A stretch of 64,000 nt of DNA from Sphaerodactylus townsendi. Its lineage: Eukaryota. The notes under the pieces were generated by a model. It had not been told where the DNA came from and ran no database searches. It saw only the letters and a program-made list of their open reading frames with translations. This document shows, piece after piece, positions 25,462-39,687 of the stretch (position 1 is its first letter; each line of letters begins with the position of its first letter). The position numbers and the translations under genes were made by a program. The stretch is taken from NCBI RefSeq assembly GCF_021028975.2, contig NC_059428.1:27962001-28026000 (forward strand). Reading direction: 5' to 3'.

Positions 25462-28400
25462 GTTTAGGGAAATGTCTGTGCCAGATTCCTTCTTCAGTAT
25501 ATATACAAATAACAAATACTGGACTGCTATATTCATTACAGATATGATGAAGTAGTAGACCAGTGAAAATGCAGCTTCTCAACCCTTAATTATATCAAGT
25601 TGGGAACAGACTTGTTTTCTCTTCCTCCTCTACTCTCCTTCAACTGAGAATTCTTCCATAACTCCTGAACATCTTCCGAACAACTAAAGGAAGTATGAGG
25701 TGATAAATCTTAATACAAGGAAGAAATATTGTTGAGTAAGAGGTAAGGCTGTTGAGTAAGAGGTAAGGCTAGTCTGACATTATATCTACAACATTTCTAG
25801 ATCCAGAATTACTGTTTCAAATGCAGGTTGAGGAGGCATACTGGCCTATTTTTCCAAATTAGGTCCACTTGCCAGGTGTAGCTGTTACTAGAAAGAGCTG
25901 ATCTGGTCACTATCATCCATGCTATGCTAACATTTAAAACATTCTACAAATGATTCCACTCTGCAGCCTTTTTATGCCAGTGAATGCTCTTTTCAGCATT
26001 TCAGAACATAAACTGTTACTTATACAACCCTATATTTTTTTGTCTCTGGGCAGGATCGTAATATGTTGGAGGCAAATTCCCTTCAGCAAAGGCATAGCTT
26101 CACGCAATATCCCTTTCTTTTCAGCCAAGTTACTTCCTGTGCTGGCCAGCTGACCAGTTATCTCAGCTGGCCAGTTATTCCTTTAGCAATTTTGTATAAA
26201 GTTAAAACCTTGGGCTCATCAAAAAAAGTTTTGTACTCCTGGAGTTTTTCACAATTCTAGGAACTCTGTATTAACCCATTAATCAACCCATGCTAGCATC
26301 AGCCATTGTTAACAGCAGGGTAGAAATAATACCAAACAATAACTTGCTGAAGAAGAGCATGAGACTCTGCAGCCCACTCTCATTAATGAGTGTGGGCAGG
26401 CAAAAAGATTTCTAACAATTCTTCACACCACTTCAGATCCCTACTTTGCTCCCTAAGCTGTTCGTGCTCAGTGGGTAGCAGCAATGGAGGTCAAGGTAGG
26501 AGTCTTATGCCTGTGATGGACCAAAGTATCACTGGAAAGTATCATTATTTAACATTTACATAATGCACTGAAGCACTCAAATTGCTTCTATTGCATTATA
26601 TCAGCAATCCATAATAATTTTTAGCATAAGCAAGAATTATGTAAATGACTCACCAAAGGTCACTGAGCTAGTGGTGGTTGAAGTAAAATTTGATCTAGAA
26701 AATGCCCAGTTCACACAGTTAACAACTATACTTTATCATATCCCATATCTTTTTAATGTCATAGCTGGGTGATGAATATTTCTTCTGTAACAACAATCAT
26801 ATGGCAGGATGAGTAGTATGTAGCATGCTAAATCTTTAGCTTTTTGTTCTCTAAACAATAGCAAATAACTCTCAGATATTTAAACAGAGGAATAAATTCA
26901 AATACTCACTGTTCACCAAGTGGTTTTGCCAAGTGCAACATGTGAATTCAGAATATAACAGTTGCCTTACAATACTTCAACATTTTTAAAAGCTTATAGT
27001 AAATTACATAAAAATTATAAACATTAATCCCTTCAAAGATATATTTACAAATGAAAAATGAACTGCCACACCATACAACTGAAAGATTTCAGTTCCTTCA
27101 GATTTATAGGCATTTTCAATGAAAATCCAAATATGTCACATGTCACATGGTTCTCTGATTGAATTGCATATTAATCAGTTAACATTATCTTACAAAATTT
27201 CTGACTATTTGAAACAAAGTATTCACCCCTAAAAGTAGAAATTAAAAAAACTTTACACAATCAATAGCAGCCCTTGTATTCACTGATACACAATACATGT
27301 TAAATTACGAACAGCAGTACAACCAATTTGGGTAAGCTCATTTTACCAATCCACTCTTTAAAGAGCCCTCAGCCACACCCACTCCAGATGAGGTTATGCA
27401 GGGAGTTAGCTTCCCTAGGTGGGAGTTAGCTTCTCAAGATCAAGATTGTTTGCTTCACTCACCACAGAGAATTAAAGCAGCAGAAATGAAATACAAGGTT
27501 AAAAGTGAAACAAGCATGTCTCTGATTTAAGTGTAACCTACTATGAAATACAAATGACATACAACACAAAGGATCAGAAGTTTTTTAACTATGCAAGTAG
27601 TTTCACACTGTGGTCTCTCCAGCCACAAGTTCTTGCCTAAGTTTGAGGTAAAAATAACAAATCCTTCCTTGTGCAGATAGAACGTGCTTTATGCAATTAC
27701 TAGCAATCAGACTCTTACCTTAACAGAGACAATGCAGAATCCTGTTATATAAACAACTATATACATAAAATACCATACACAATGCACACAGCGTCCTCCC
27801 CGGTAGAGTAATACAAAAATCAGACACATGTCATTTGTGGAACCCTTCACTTACTAGCTATTGTTACAGAAGAGGGGAATAATCAAAACAGACTGGAAAA
27901 TATGAAGCAGAGAGATGTTAGTCTTGCTTGCTGAAAATTGAGAAGTATATATTTTCTGGAATAGAAACTTGGGCAGCAAGAAAGAAGCCTCCCAGGGCTG
28001 ATGACATAATGCGAGGGAGCCACTTGGTAAGAAGCAGAAAGTAGCAGGAGTGTCTGAATTTCTCTATAATGATTCCACATGTTAAGTTATACCACTGGCT
28101 ATAGGTTTCCAGTTATACCAATAATGAACGTGGAATTGACTTGAGCTATATTCTTAGTATACCACTGTGGCTCTAACAAAACTAATTCCACAGTCCCTTC
28201 TAAAATTCTAACCATCCCAAATTGAGTAACTGAATGAAACAACCAGGTCACACATTCATCTTTCTCAAAAACTGCATGCATGATTTTAGTTCATGATAAG
28301 AATTTAATGTCAAATTGTTCAACGGTAAATAGTGCTTACATGCAAAATTTCTTCAAAAAAAGAAGCATCCAGCATATATTTAAAAATACTGCTCCTAGGC

Positions 28401-28774
28401 CTGATTCTGAGGAACACTAAGATTTTAAGCCATTAACTGACATTCCTATAATTTCCGTTTTTACTTAGCAGAACAATTAGATTTTAGAACAATCATAGCT
28501 GACAATGACAACTTGGAGTGTCTTGTAACTTGAAAAAATAACTTTAGTACGTTCTTTAAATGATTCTGCTGACATCTTTTCTTCATAGCTGTAAATCTAG
28601 ACTTTATCTTTAATAAGAAAAAGCAGGAAGACTCTGCAGACATGTCAATTCGCTATACAAAGGCTAGTACTTAGTAAACCATCTTGGGGGTCACTTGAGT
28701 GGAAAAAGGTGGCATCAAAATGGTTTCATAAAATGATGTGCAAGAAGTGTGTATGCCATATGCAAATATGAATA

Positions 28775-28847
28775 TTGGCCATGCTGGAAGGGGCTGATGG
28801 GAATCATCATCCATGAACATCTGGGGTGCCAGAGTTGGACACCCCTG
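28775..28847. mobile_element. Half copy of the palindromic hAT MITE
   Basis: TGGCCATGCTGGAAGGGGCTGATGGGAA...GAACATCTGG...GTTGGACACCCCTG. Confidence 0.6.
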
Positions 28848-30233
28848 ATCTAACACATACACATAGCCATTTCTACTGCATGATGAACATCCAGGGCTGA
28901 CTACTACCGGTACGTGAAACAGGATGCGGGACTAGCTGGATCATCCAGCAAGGCTCTTCCTACATTAGCATGAACAAGGGAATGCTAGAATCCTTTCATT
29001 ATTTGTATATGTATTCAATTTTGATTACAGATAAAAGAGTAAAAATATTTTATTCACTATGCTTTTGGAATATCTGGAGAACGTTTCAATGTTTATCACA
29101 GGCAATTTCCGCCAACTCCATCAGACAAGTTAAAATTGTGCCAAACATGCTCAAGGAATTAACTTGCCTCCCCCTCAATAAACTATCATGCAAGTCCCCC
29201 ATCCAATCCCCCAGGATCAAAAATTTCTGTCGTTGTCACCTGCATTGTCATATTTGATACCGGGTGGGGTAGGAACAGAACAGGAGAAGGGCTTAAGAAA
29301 ACATCATGTTTTCAGTGCAGTTTCTCAGATAGTCACCCTTTTGGTTAACAATGATGTGAGGCTGAACTAGCACTCCTAGTGGAGATGCACTTTGTGATCT
29401 GGGTTTGTCAGCGCAAAACAAACTGTCAATACTGGACAAAATATCTAGGTTCAATAACTTATGAGCTGTACAGGCAGAGAGAGTCTGGAATAGTCCCCCT
29501 TCTTGTAAGTAACTGGCATGGTATGTCATGCTGGCTGAAATAAGCCTGTGCTGAAAATCTAACAGGCATATCAGTATCTGCCTAAGCAAAGTCTCTTAAT
29601 TGCATTTCTTTCCATCACCAACCTTCTGTATCTGCTTTAGAAATTCCTTGGGAAGATTTATAGGTGTGAGAGAATACCGGCCTGTAATAGGCTCTGTTTT
29701 ACAATCCTATACTACTGTCCTTAAGAACTGCAACAAAGTCGCCCCCATGGGTTAATTAATGTCTGTGCATTGATCAACTAACTTTCCAACACACAAGAAG
29801 CTTCTTTGGGACACATTATCCAATTTGAAATTAAAGAAATCAAAAGATTTTTCCTCCTTTTGGAGTTATAAAGATGATGGCGGCAGCTGTTTTTGAACTA
29901 TTTTGACGTGGGATGAGGATGACACAGCTGGAGATAAGGTAAAGCCTTGCCTAAACCCTCAGTTTATTACACAACACTGACACTTAGAAGCATTTAAGAA
30001 CATGAGTCAATGAAAAAATTCAAGAAATACCAAGGCAATGGATATAGTACTTTTCCAGCTTAATGAGAGTTCTTCCCTTTTTAATTCTACATTTTAAAGT
30101 ATCTTTTATTTAGTCCACACATGAACACCATGCATTGCTCATTTTAAACTGTCCTCCAAAATGAAAACGTTAATTATATCAAATGATTAATAGTTCCAAC
30201 ATTCACTTGATCTGTAAGATCAATTCAATGAAC

Positions 30234-30724
30234 TTATTTATTTATTTATTTAAATTTATAGACAGCCCAATCCCCAAGGGGCTCTGGGCGGTGCACAACA
30301 TAATCTATGTACAATATATAACAAGGGTCGCAATAGTGACCATATATACTAAAATTCGTTAAAATCATTAAAACCATGTAAACAGTGGTCAAAACAATAA
30401 CAATAAAAATGGCATCCCGCAATCCAATTCCTTTAAAAACCACCCCAAAAAGAAGGGAGCAACCAAACTCCTCCCTAAAAATAGCAATAAATATGCAAAA
30501 ACAGATTATAAAATAGGGAGCAAGAGAACCAGGGAGCAAAGCAAGGAAGGGGGGGGGCACACCTCAGCGACTGGACGCTCCAAAGGCCCGGCGGAACAAC
30601 TCAGTCTTACAGGCCCTGCGGAATTCACCAAGGTCCCACAGGGCCCAGACAGCTGGAGGAAGAGTGTTCCACCAGGCCGGGGCCAGGGCTGTAAAAGTCC
30701 TGGCCCATGTGGAGGCCAGCCGCA
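30234..30724 (-). mobile_element. L2 LINE 3' end
   Basis: RLASTWARTFTALAPAWWNTLPPAVWALWDLGEFRRACKTELFRRAFG C-terminus, 3'UTR and (ATTT)n tail. Confidence 0.8.
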
Positions 30725-33700
30725 TTTTGATTACCATCACCCATTTGCACAAGTGACTAGTAACCAAATATCCCATTTTTGTCTCCAACAGAGGAAGAAA
30801 TGCCTCTTAAGACACTGTCAACTACACTTTAAAAAAAGCATATGGGTTTTTTCCCCTTCAAAACTGATATTTTGTTTATACACTGAAACATTTCAAATCC
30901 TCAATCCAGCATAAATTCGGGCCCCAAAATGTGCAAAACCTACTGTATGTAGAAAATGAGACTCAAAATTCTGGGCCTCCTTCCACCAATAACAATGAAA
31001 GGTGAGGAAAAAGTAGAAATGCTGCATTCAATCCTCCCTTGAAGCCCCAAACCTTTCTCATAGATTCAGCTCAGAAGTGCAAGGGATGATGAATATAGAC
31101 CAGCAATTTTCAAACTTTCTGATGTGGTACCATACTTTGATTAAATCATATGTTTTCTTGCTGGTCCTGTATGTTTTCATGTAGTGGAGAGCTCACATCA
31201 GGTTCATGGTCAAACTGACAGCATAAGGATTATCTTTTATCTCTGATTATTAACTACAGACTTATTGCCTTTAGTTTGTCCTACTCTTGCTTTAAAAGGG
31301 TAATTGGCATTTCATCAGATGCGTTTTACATGCATCTGTTTGATAGGGAGATGGCGAGCAGTCTTCAAGCAACAGCTGGACAAATACTTGTCAGGGGTTC
31401 TCCAGGATGATCTTGTATTGTGCAGGGGGTTGGACTGGATGGCCTGTATGCCCCCTTCCAACACTACGATTCCATAATACCTCATTGATAGTTAAGAACC
31501 AATCATATATCTAGATTCTCCAGATGATGAATATTTGTTTGTCAGAAAGACCCACAGTCCAATCTAAAGCTGTTGGGCGGGCAGGGCTCTACCCACTCCA
31601 CAGTAGTTTCCCATGGTGTGGGAAGCCTTTAAAAAAGTAAAAAAACAAAAAGAATCCCCCATGGCCAAGAACAGAAATATGCCATGATTTCTGCCAGCAG
31701 CTACAGCGGCACACAGGGGCCCATTGAGCACTGGAGACAAATTAAGGTCAGCCTCCCGCTGCCACACCTGCGAAGCGTTTCTCCTTGGCAGGCCTTGGTG
31801 ACAACTGCAACTTCCTGGTCAGGTGCTACAGAGTCATGCAGTGCCCAATCACCCAGATAAGTTCCCCTTTACACCAGCAGAAAGGGCATTTCCACCATGC
31901 TGGGGTGTGCCAGCTCCAGAGGGAGATCTGATACCCCTACCCCAATTGGGTTGCCCGTCTAAGATTGCTATTTTTCTACTTGTTGATGCAATAATAAAAT
32001 TTACCTAGTAATTAGCAAGATCTCTGTTAGTGTGTGTGACTTTGTTCATTGAAAAATACTGATTTGCTTCAAATTTTATTTATTCAAATTTAGTAGAGAA
32101 ATACTAGGAGATCTGATTTCATTGTTTTTCCAGCAGCTATAGGATTAATTACCCCTTTTAAAAAACTTGTCTAATAAAGAGAATTGTTTCATTTGTAAAA
32201 TAAAAGACAGTAACCCCCTGAAAGTTTTCTGCCTGGTTTGCTGGTGAGAACCCAAAGAACAGAAAACACAATTATTTTTTAATCAAAATTAAAAGTTGCA
32301 AACAATGTTAATCTTAATACATCCTGTAGATATCCGGGACTAAATAGCTTAGACAATAGATCACTGGGAACTAACTAATCAAGAGTGTTTAACTCTAACT
32401 GGATGTGAGAGTACATTATCTCATTATAAAGTGGGACACATTTTAATTTGTGATAGTTTTTGGGATCCACTTGCAAAGTAACTCCATGCCACTTTCCTTG
32501 TTTTTGACAGAAACCACAGGAATCTTACAACAGTAGCATTACACAATTTCAGTGTTTCTTCTTCATGTTTAACATTTATAAACATTCAGCTTTACTAAGC
32601 AACAAGCTGTATTTCTGGCTTTTTTGCACATGAAGAAGCAAATCTTAAATGTGCTTCTAAGCTTCCCACAGCCTCCCCTCTGAGCTCATGGCCGTTCCTA
32701 CTCTTCCTTCATGGGACTGAAACCCACAAAATAGTATGCTGTGAGCCACTTTCAGGACCCAATCAACAGTTCTATCATCAAAGGCACAGGTAAAGCTATT
32801 GCTCACAAGCAGCACAAATATGATAGTGCAAGTTTAGAAGTGAATCCCCCATCAAAATGGACATTTGAATCAACTAAGATTTCTTTAATCTGCTGACATC
32901 TCAAGTAGTGTTACCATATCAGTTTTAGAGAATTCTGAAATACTGATGCTGGAGCTACAAAAACTAGATGTACAGAATTCATCAACTGAAGACTTTGCTG
33001 TTGGCATGGCAGGTAAAGATGAATTAATTAATTTAGGATCTAGAAAAAAACTTCAGAAGGAGAGGCAAACTCCCTAATGAAAAAAAATAATTTTCAGACA
33101 CTGAATGTAATAAATGTGCATAACATCCAAATGAACAGAAAAAAACAAGCACTGATTAAAGAATAGCATTTTTGGGAAAAGATGCAATTGTTCTAAAACG
33201 CATTAACTAATTTACTACTTATACATCTAAAGTAATTTTTAAAAGCAGCTGATTTTAGTAGCAATACACCCAAATCTTAATCTGTATAGAATTCTGCATT
33301 TTCAGAGTAGATTTTTCTGCCACTGACAGCAAGTAACTGTGTTAACCTATGAAATTCCTGAATTTCATGTCAGGGAAGTAAGATAACAGATCACATTTTT
33401 ACTACCAGTTTTTGTTTTGCAAAGATAAGAGTCCAACCATTATTCTGGGCCAAAGATATACTTAACTAATTTGATATGAGGCGAGTCAAATAACAAAAAA
33501 CCTTGGGGACTCCAAGGACCATATCACCAGTTGCCAAGAAAAAGAGAGTAACCCTTTATTAAATGTTCGTCCATTAGCAGTTAAAAAAAAGAGTAGCAAA
33601 AGCAGGGGAACTAATAGTCAAAAATACAATTTTGTCAATTTTACTTTACATGCTAACTTCAGTGGTTAATGATCCTAAATAGTATCAGAGTAAAACTGTA

Positions 33701-34920
33701 ATTTACAAAAAGTTACCGGGGGGTGGGGGGGGGTGTTAATAAAGTTAATAAATTCTTCGAGTATGGAACTGTAAAAGATTTAGAATATTTCATCACATAC
33801 ACACCCGGAATTTTCAGTAGGCAATATGACTCAATTGCCAGATTAGAGTAGAGTTAAATAAAATAGTTAATATGCTGTATAAGAATGACTTTCAGTGGCT
33901 GTACATTTTCCCATACCATGGTGTGAAGGCAAGTATCTTTAAATAGCAAATTTACCCCACCTAAAGTGTTAATTTTTATTCTAAACAGAACCATGACTTT
34001 AACATTTTCACCTCTTGTTGCCAGCTTCAATGGTAATAAAAACCATTCAGTTACTCATTTTAATACGATTCCTTTCAGAGGGAGTCCACAGTGCTGCTTC
34101 GACTGAAAAGAGTATAAAACAGCTTGAACTTTGGAGAAAAAACTGCCAAGCCCTGAAAAAAACAGCATTCTGAATCATTATATAAATAGTTTTGAATTTG
34201 ACCATGGACTACTTTTTGATCAGGACAAGTTTGAACAGCACTTGTTGAAGTTGCTAAGAAAATGATTAAAATTCATTTGCTGTATCATTAGCATTACAAT
34301 CCTCCATCTTGTAACTCAAATAAAGAATTTCATACTACTATTAAGGATCCTGAACTAACTATATACAATGTGAACAATATACAATGTGAACAAGTATCTA
34401 ACGGGATTCAACATGGGCTACAATAAAAAGCTTTTCTAACAATTACTGGAAATTCAATCAGTATTCTATACTGTATGTTTTCAAAAACCAGTATAGAGCA
34501 TTGTTTCACAGAAAGCAGATTAATACACATACCCTAAACAAGGAAGCTTCAAGCTTCCAACATAGAAGGCAATATACTTACCATTTAAATCCTTAAAAAT
34601 CAAGTGGTGAAAGAGGTTAATTACAAACTGACTTATTTCAAACCTTCTAAAAGGAACAAAACAAATATTGACAGTTATTTACAAGAGTATACAGAAAAGA
34701 GCTTAACAAAACTCATTCTGAAGATAGAAATATGCACTGAGTGACAAACTAAATCCTAGACTAGCATATCAACAGGGATCAGTTACTGGATTCAAGAAAA
34801 TGTTGCTTATTCTGCATTTTTATGTGTCCAAAACAAGCTGACGGAAAACATTTCCTTACAAGAAGTCAATCTAAGCTGTGGTGATATCCATTACTAGAGG
34901 ATTATAACTGAATTAGAAAA

Positions 34921-35057
34921 GAGCAAGAGTCCAGCAGGATCTTAAAGACGAACAAAATTTCTGGCAGGGTATGATTTTTTGTGAGTGACAGCTCACTTCA
35001 GAATTAAAGCTCATACCCTGCCAGAAATTTTGACAGTCTTCTATTGGACTCCTGCTC
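34921..35057. mobile_element. Penelope-like (Neptune-type) inverted relic with decayed hammerhead core
   Basis: Inverted arms AAAATTTCTGGCAGGGTATGA / TCATACCCTGCCAGAAATTTT and GAGCAAGAGTCCA / TGGACTCCTGCTC; minus strand CTGAAGTGAGCTGTCACTCACAAAA. Confidence 0.6.
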
Positions 35058-37049
35058 TATTCTACTATACTTGCAATGAACTCTAGCCATGTCCCCCCCT
35101 TCCCTTTTCTCCTTAATTGTCCCATACATAAATACTCTCTCTTGCCCCAAAATTCAGATGGCTTTAGGAGAGTTTATCTGGGGCAGAGTATGTGGCTCTC
35201 CTTCAGATTCAGGCCAAGCTCCAAGGCAGAACAGAACAAGTATCATGTGCTGCTCACAAGGCAAAGCCTGTATGAAGTACTCTGGTGAGATTCTGCATCA
35301 AGGTTTTGATATGGCATTATTTTAATGCAGGCACAGGGGCCTTGCCAATATATTTAGAGACAGGAAAGTGGGGAGCTGAAAGCTAGAATTTTCTACAAGA
35401 AAAAATTAGAAGTGAAGAGATCCCCCTAGATAAGGGGTAAGACTAATCAAGAACCACAAGCATTCAGGACTTAACCATATTGATAAATCAAGATTAGAGA
35501 AAGTGCCCTACAGCATGTGTCCTAAACTGCAATGCAAATGGAAGCGAAAATTTGACCCTGTATTTACATTTTCCAAAGTGCCCTACATCTCACTCCTCTT
35601 TTTTAGCAAGATGTCAATTGCTCTGCATACACACTGTACACATGCCATATATTCTCGTTCAGAGGAAAAAATGACAAGCCCGTGGAGAAACAGGACTCTC
35701 CACACAACAGTAGAACAAATGGGCTCAGATATACATCTAAAGGAAAAATTATAGTTTTTAGTTTCTTTTTTTTTTTCAAAAAAGATAATCTTATGAGCAA
35801 ATGCCAACTCAATGTCCACGCCGTCAATCAGAAAATAATAAAACCAAACAGTTAAGAACTGAAGAATTATAATTTGAGCGTATTATTCTGAATACAATAT
35901 TTGTATATAAAATCAGATTCCACAACATGAACTTTACTTCATACCTGCTCTACAAAATGTAGCCATAAAAATTTGTAGCAGCACCTCATCCTTAGATAAT
36001 GGCAATCACTGTTACCAGCACAATGCAGTATCATGCATCTCTTAGCATCTTGGGACAGCCTTCTTTCTCAAAATACCTTTGAAAGCAAACTGTAGTTAAA
36101 ATGGCAAAGTGAAAATTCTGCCTATGATATCTTTCTGCTAGCCATTCCAGCAACTCATTTTTCCTCATGTGAATGGTAAAGCCTGTAAAATGATCAGGTC
36201 ATCAACTTTTAGACCTTAGTTCATAGTTAAAGGTTAAGATGCGGACCTTCACATTACGAAGTGAACTGTGTGTACATGAGACAGTTCAAGAATTAAGTTA
36301 CGAATAGCATACTAATTAGAAACTGAAATGCCTAAACTCAACTAGTATACTTGCATTTGAAAATCTGTCATCCATTAAGCTCTGAATGGATAAAAAGTAC
36401 ATGACAGTGATATAGTATTATAGCACATTAGAAACGTTTACAATAATTCGCATCAAAACTACATTTCCCAGTTCTTTCCTAATTATTTTTTACCCCAAAT
36501 GAAGTTTGAGAGTAATATAGCTTTTTGATCACATCAACTCTCCTGAGTTCATGCATACATGTTCATCATTTAACACCAGATGTCTTGCATGTATGAGCCA
36601 ACTAGCACAAATCAACCCTGGGAAGATATTTCGTGCCTTCTTGTATCATCCTGAGCACAAATTGTTTTCCACTGGAGGCAGTTCACACATTTTACTGCAT
36701 GTAAGTAGGTGATGCATAAGCAAATGTGAATCAACCCTAAGTTACATTAACAAGTTTTCAAGTTTTAGAATATGGCAAGATAAAGACATGAAAAATATTA
36801 CATCATAAATACATTTGAAATTTTCAAGTGATCTGAGCTAAAGATTTTTCCTAGCCAAAGTCAGAAGAACTAATGCAAACAGAATCAATTCATGCCTATC
36901 TTGAACATGTTACAACAGTCCAATGGTACACCACATTTGGTAACTTGCATGGACCAATGTGGGCCCAAAGGTGCAGGAATACCATGACAAATGCAGCAAA
37001 ACTACATACAGAATTAGGCAGAAGACACTAAGAAAGGTACAGCTTGAAG

Positions 37050-37310
37050 CAGGAAGAGGAGATGGATTTATATCCTGCCTTTCTCTCCGGTAAGGATTCT
37101 CAAACTGGCTTACAAACTCCTTCCCTTTCTCTCTCCACAACAGACACCATGTTAAGTAGATGTAGTTCTGAGAAAACTGTGACTAGCCCAAGGTCCCCCA
37201 GCAGGCTTCATGTGCAGGAGCAGGGAAACAAATCCACCACTCATGTGAAGGAATGGGGAATCAAACCCAGCTCTCCAGAGTTCACCACTCTTAAGTGCTA
37301 CATCATGCTA
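37050..37310 (-). mobile_element. SINE with L2/MIR-like tail
   Basis: GATTTATATCCTGCCTTTCTC...GGCTTACA...GTGACTAGCCCAAGGTC...GGAATCAAACCCAG pattern of a reversed CORE/L2-tailed SINE. Confidence 0.55.
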
Positions 37311-39687
37311 TAAAACGCAGAAACACTTGATTTTTGGTGGATTGAAAAGCGTGAACTGCAAGATCACTGGAAGTACAACTACTTCCTTTCAACTACCTTC
37401 CTAAAACATGAGTCCACATTTACACAAACTTAAAAGGACTCAAGGAGAGTCAAAATAATGAAGTTATAGGGTCTCCTCAGCTACTCATATAGCCATTACA
37501 CCAATACAACAGAGTTAACGCACACCTTACTGGAAATGAAAGGATAGGGATAAAACTGAATAGGCCAAACGTCAACAAAAAATTTTTGGATCTAAGAGTC
37601 AGTTCAAAAATTTAAGAGCTAGGCTTCCTTTTCAGTATTCAGGGCATCATCTTTTAATTACCATGCTTTCAAAATTATTGGTACTACGAAGTCCAATATA
37701 ATGCAATGTCCTCATAATGGCCAGATAAAGATTGCACCCTCACTTCTCTCCGCTATCAGCGTGGACCAATCAAGACTCAACCAGTTTGAATGGAATGTTG
37801 AAGTGGAGGGGAAAAAATTCCCGAGGGAAGTCTAAATGCCAAACATCAAGAGAAAAACAGGAAGTTAGGTTTCGGAGAGAGGAGAGAGAGGAGGTATCCT
37901 GGAGTAGGCAGGGAATCCACTGGGGTCTGTAATGTATTATTTTAGACCAGCACAGTTTGGATGCTGTTCTTCAATTAAAAACTTTAAAAGCTGTCCAGTT
38001 ATTGACTTTAGATTTTATACCAGAAAGAACCAGCACTGTAACCATTCAGTACACTACACCTCCCAACGCCAACAACTGTATCAGCTGTCACACTGGAGTG
38101 GGAGAGCATTACAGATCACACAAACTAAATAAACTTGAGCGTTTTGTTATATATAGTACCCAAAGAAAAGTCATCTGGATTTGTAGCCAATGTGTTCTCT
38201 GGTACAGGATTAAGGAATACTCTCTCTGTGGGTGTGAAATAACACACACTAATAAAAGAAATCCATTTTACCTCACAAGCCTGAAGTTAACTGTGGAACT
38301 GGTGTATAACAGAAGAATGTTACTGATGGTGAGGTGGGTCACAACTCTCCAGCCTGAAGGACTTGTTATTGGCAAAGTGGTATAAAAAATAACAAGAAAA
38401 ATGCCTGAATCAGAGGTGGGGATAATCTATATGATAAAAAACACTACCACCACAACAAAGAACTAACTGCTCGTTCTAAACTTACTTCTGTTGCCTGCAT
38501 TCAGGTGATCTTATTTTGCCATTAAACTAGGTTGCTCCAATTTCAGCAGCTACCTTTGAGGTCTCCTGAGGAGCCAGGATCATCAGACTTTTCTGCTCCA
38601 ACAAATTTCCTGGCAGGTCTGGCATGCTTGCTGTAACCTGTGCTGTTTTTTCATCCCTCTGCTTGCTCTGGGATGTGGCCTACAGTGTCTTCCTTCTGGA
38701 ATGGCTGTCACTGCATCGCTCCCACACCATCTGGTGATTACATTCAGAGTATGTGGCTGCACTGCAATTCCTCCCACTACCAAGGTCTACTACAATAAAA
38801 TCAGTCTTCCGACATCAGTTTCAGATTTATAGATGGAGATGACACTTTTGAGAATTCAAAATGCCTTTTTTTACTTTCTGCACTATTTCTATTCTTCTGT
38901 ATTTATCCTGTGCCTCTAATGACCTAGAGGCAGTTTGCTTAATGCTTTGGATGCACAAAGGATGTATCCTGCTATCTTTGTGGTTAAACATAAATATGCA
39001 CCTATTTACTTTCAGCCATGTATTTTGGAGATTTAACCAAAGCTTAACAATTCTGCAGGAGAAAAAATTTGTTTCTCTACTTTTACTCTTCTTACATAGA
39101 AGAGGAAAGCACAAATGTGGAAAGAACAGTCCTATTCATTCCAACTTTTATGAACTGATCTCTTATAATCATGTCTTATCTATATTCAGAGTCTTCCAAA
39201 TCAGACAAGAGTTTAAAATACAGAACTTTGTCTGCACAATTTTAACACATTTTTAAAGGGAGAGGAATCGTTCAAGCAGGTGTTGTAACCTTCCCCCCGC
39301 AATGTTGTGATGTGGTAAAATCTCAGGAGGGCTATGCTACATGCTTTATATTTTAAAATGCAACCCTCTACAGGCCTTCCAAATGAAAGAATTATAGTAC
39401 TTCGGCTGACAGTAATATTAATCATCCAAGACTTAAATAGCAGAAATTAAATATAAACATGAAAATAAAAAATGTTATTGTCATTAGTTTACAAGGCATT
39501 CAAGAGTTATCTCCATTATGGAAAATTATTTCATTAGGATGAGTTCATCACAGATTCCAGAGATAACTTAAAGAAATTAATTTTCAAAAGAGATGTACAG
39601 CCAGAAAAACATACCACTTCAGTAGATGCTTACGAGTATAGGGAAAGAACCAAGTGTCTATTTTTAGTTACAAAATAAATCACTTAC

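Noticed and set aside
29640-29990. Non-repeat intronic stretch with a few retained CpGs (possible enhancer)
   Set aside because: Conservation cannot be judged from one sequence; no diagnostic structure.
31290-31340. Hairpin followed by CTGATGA on the minus strand
   Set aside because: No helix II or GAAA downstream; not a hammerhead.
33682-33800. Possible intronic C/D snoRNA (GTGATGA...CTGA)
   Set aside because: Only a 3-bp terminal stem, a poly-C interior and no recognisable rRNA or snRNA guide.
38555-38590. CTGATGA followed by a TCCTG/CAGGA stem on the minus strand (hammerhead-like)
   Set aside because: The stem is followed by GACC instead of the required GAAA; no helix I or III.
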